Shown here piece after piece: positions 62,866-64,000 of a DNA stretch of 64,000 nt. The DNA is taken from the NCBI GenBank assembly GCA_024679065.1, contig JAGIQG010000014.1, positions 47,368,001 through 47,432,000 of the forward strand, in the 5' to 3' direction. The DNA comes from Sphyrna mokarran. Lineage: Eukaryota. Both the position numbers and the translations under genes were made by a program. The notes below the pieces were generated by a model, which worked only from the letters and a program-made list of their open reading frames with translations, had not been told where the DNA came from and made no database searches. How positions within the stretch are numbered: the first letter of the stretch is position 1; the number at the start of each line of letters is the position of its first letter.

Positions 62866-64000
62866 AATTGGAATGACAACATGCCACCCTTTGCCCTGCT
62901 GCGGACTGAGGAGAGGGTTGCCTCCCAATTGCACACGCACACCCTGCCCACCACCCCACCTCTGGCGCTGGGATGCTCTCTCAACAAAATTCAGCCTGAT
63001 AATTCTCCCAATTAACATACTTCCAGATGTGAGTTTAAAACCAGGTAGCTTGAATCTTAATCCTTTCATATGGACACTTTCCATTTCATTTCCATGTGAG
63101 AAATACAACAAATCCTCGAGTAAGTGTTGTCGAGTCATCGCTCTTCCAGCCATTTTGAATGTGACTTGATGAATGTGACATGGTGCCTGCTGACTGTTGC
63201 CAAACTTAGAGTCTTCTCTGCATCATCATTAAGCTGTGGTGGACCAAGCAGAGTTGTACCCCCTAAGCTGGAAACTAATTTTGGGCTTCACTGAACTGCA
63301 GCTACGTTTCTGGAGGAAACCAGATTTTTGTCAACAAATAGAATGATGAGACTCCAGTGTCAAACACCTGCAATGAATTGAGAACAGCCAATCTCCCTGA
63401 GCCCAACAACAGAGTTATCACTCTCCATTCTTGCCTCTTTTAGTTGATTTTAAATGTTTGCATCAGAAAGCAATGCAAAAACAGGGACAAATTGGCCCAA
63501 TGTTAAGATCCCTGACGCTGCTGAAACTGAGTTGCAAGATCTTGTTAAAGTTTTAATTCCTGTTACTTCATGAGCGGTTACTCAGTGACAGCAGGTTTCC
63601 ATTTGCACTCAACACACTGTTGGTTTAAAAAAAATTAAAATCATTAGATACTGTTCCTGTTGGTCTCCCAAGGCATGGTTTTCATCTGTAAAAGATGCAG
63701 ATCCATCTCCGTTATGTGATTAACAAGGCGTGATGTTCCTAAGCTTTCCTCCCTGTTGTTGTGGCCATGGAGTTTCCACATATGGATGTTCCAAGATGCT
63801 ATCTGAGGAGCCCCTGTTGGAAACATGCTCTTCACGGGTTTGCGAAGTTCTTTAGACAAACTGGCGGAGAGACCCAAAATATATAACTGCATGAACAAAC
63901 AATGGCTTCCTTTTCAGTTGTCTAATTGCAGGTTCCCTTGGCTGATACAAATATGTATGGTAGCTTCAAGTGAACAAAATGCATGTGACAATTTTCAGTT

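Noticed and set aside
62779-63169. Overlapping 124-aa and 114-aa ORFs
   Set aside because: No similarity to the expected next ADAMTS exon (SxSLIExGNPS.SLENVC) or to any domain I recognise; they partly overlap a SINE.

Overview
Vertebrate genomic DNA. The repeat content (HE1-like V-SINEs, HER1/CR1 LINEs, Deu-domain SINEs) points to a cartilaginous fish, probably a shark. The whole window appears to lie inside one + strand gene of the procollagen N-proteinase subfamily (ADAMTS2/3/14; ADAMTS2 slightly favoured). Only two exons are visible: 39664-39854 (end of propeptide, furin site, start of the metalloprotease domain) and 61105-61188. The rest is intron packed with transposon debris: three tRNA-SINE lineages, CR1, L2 and Rex1-type LINE fragments, Harbinger-like MITEs, a decayed ~4.5 kb Ty1/Copia-type LTR element and a Helitron/Pif1 helicase remnant. 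Nearly all ORF-track entries are transposon pieces or chance ORFs. The most unusual signal is a set of at least six Penelope-type terminal-repeat insertions, mostly TSD-flanked and often folded back as palindromes. They carry a minimal hammerhead-ribozyme-like motif, and in five short copies the truncation or inversion point falls inside that motif. Other notable items are a CR1 copy whose 3' UTR seems to contain a whole V-SINE, and a 451-bp ~99% identical local duplication with template-switch scars. I cannot establish a wholly new biological system from sequence alone. Repeat boundaries are read by eye and are approximate unless a TSD is quoted.
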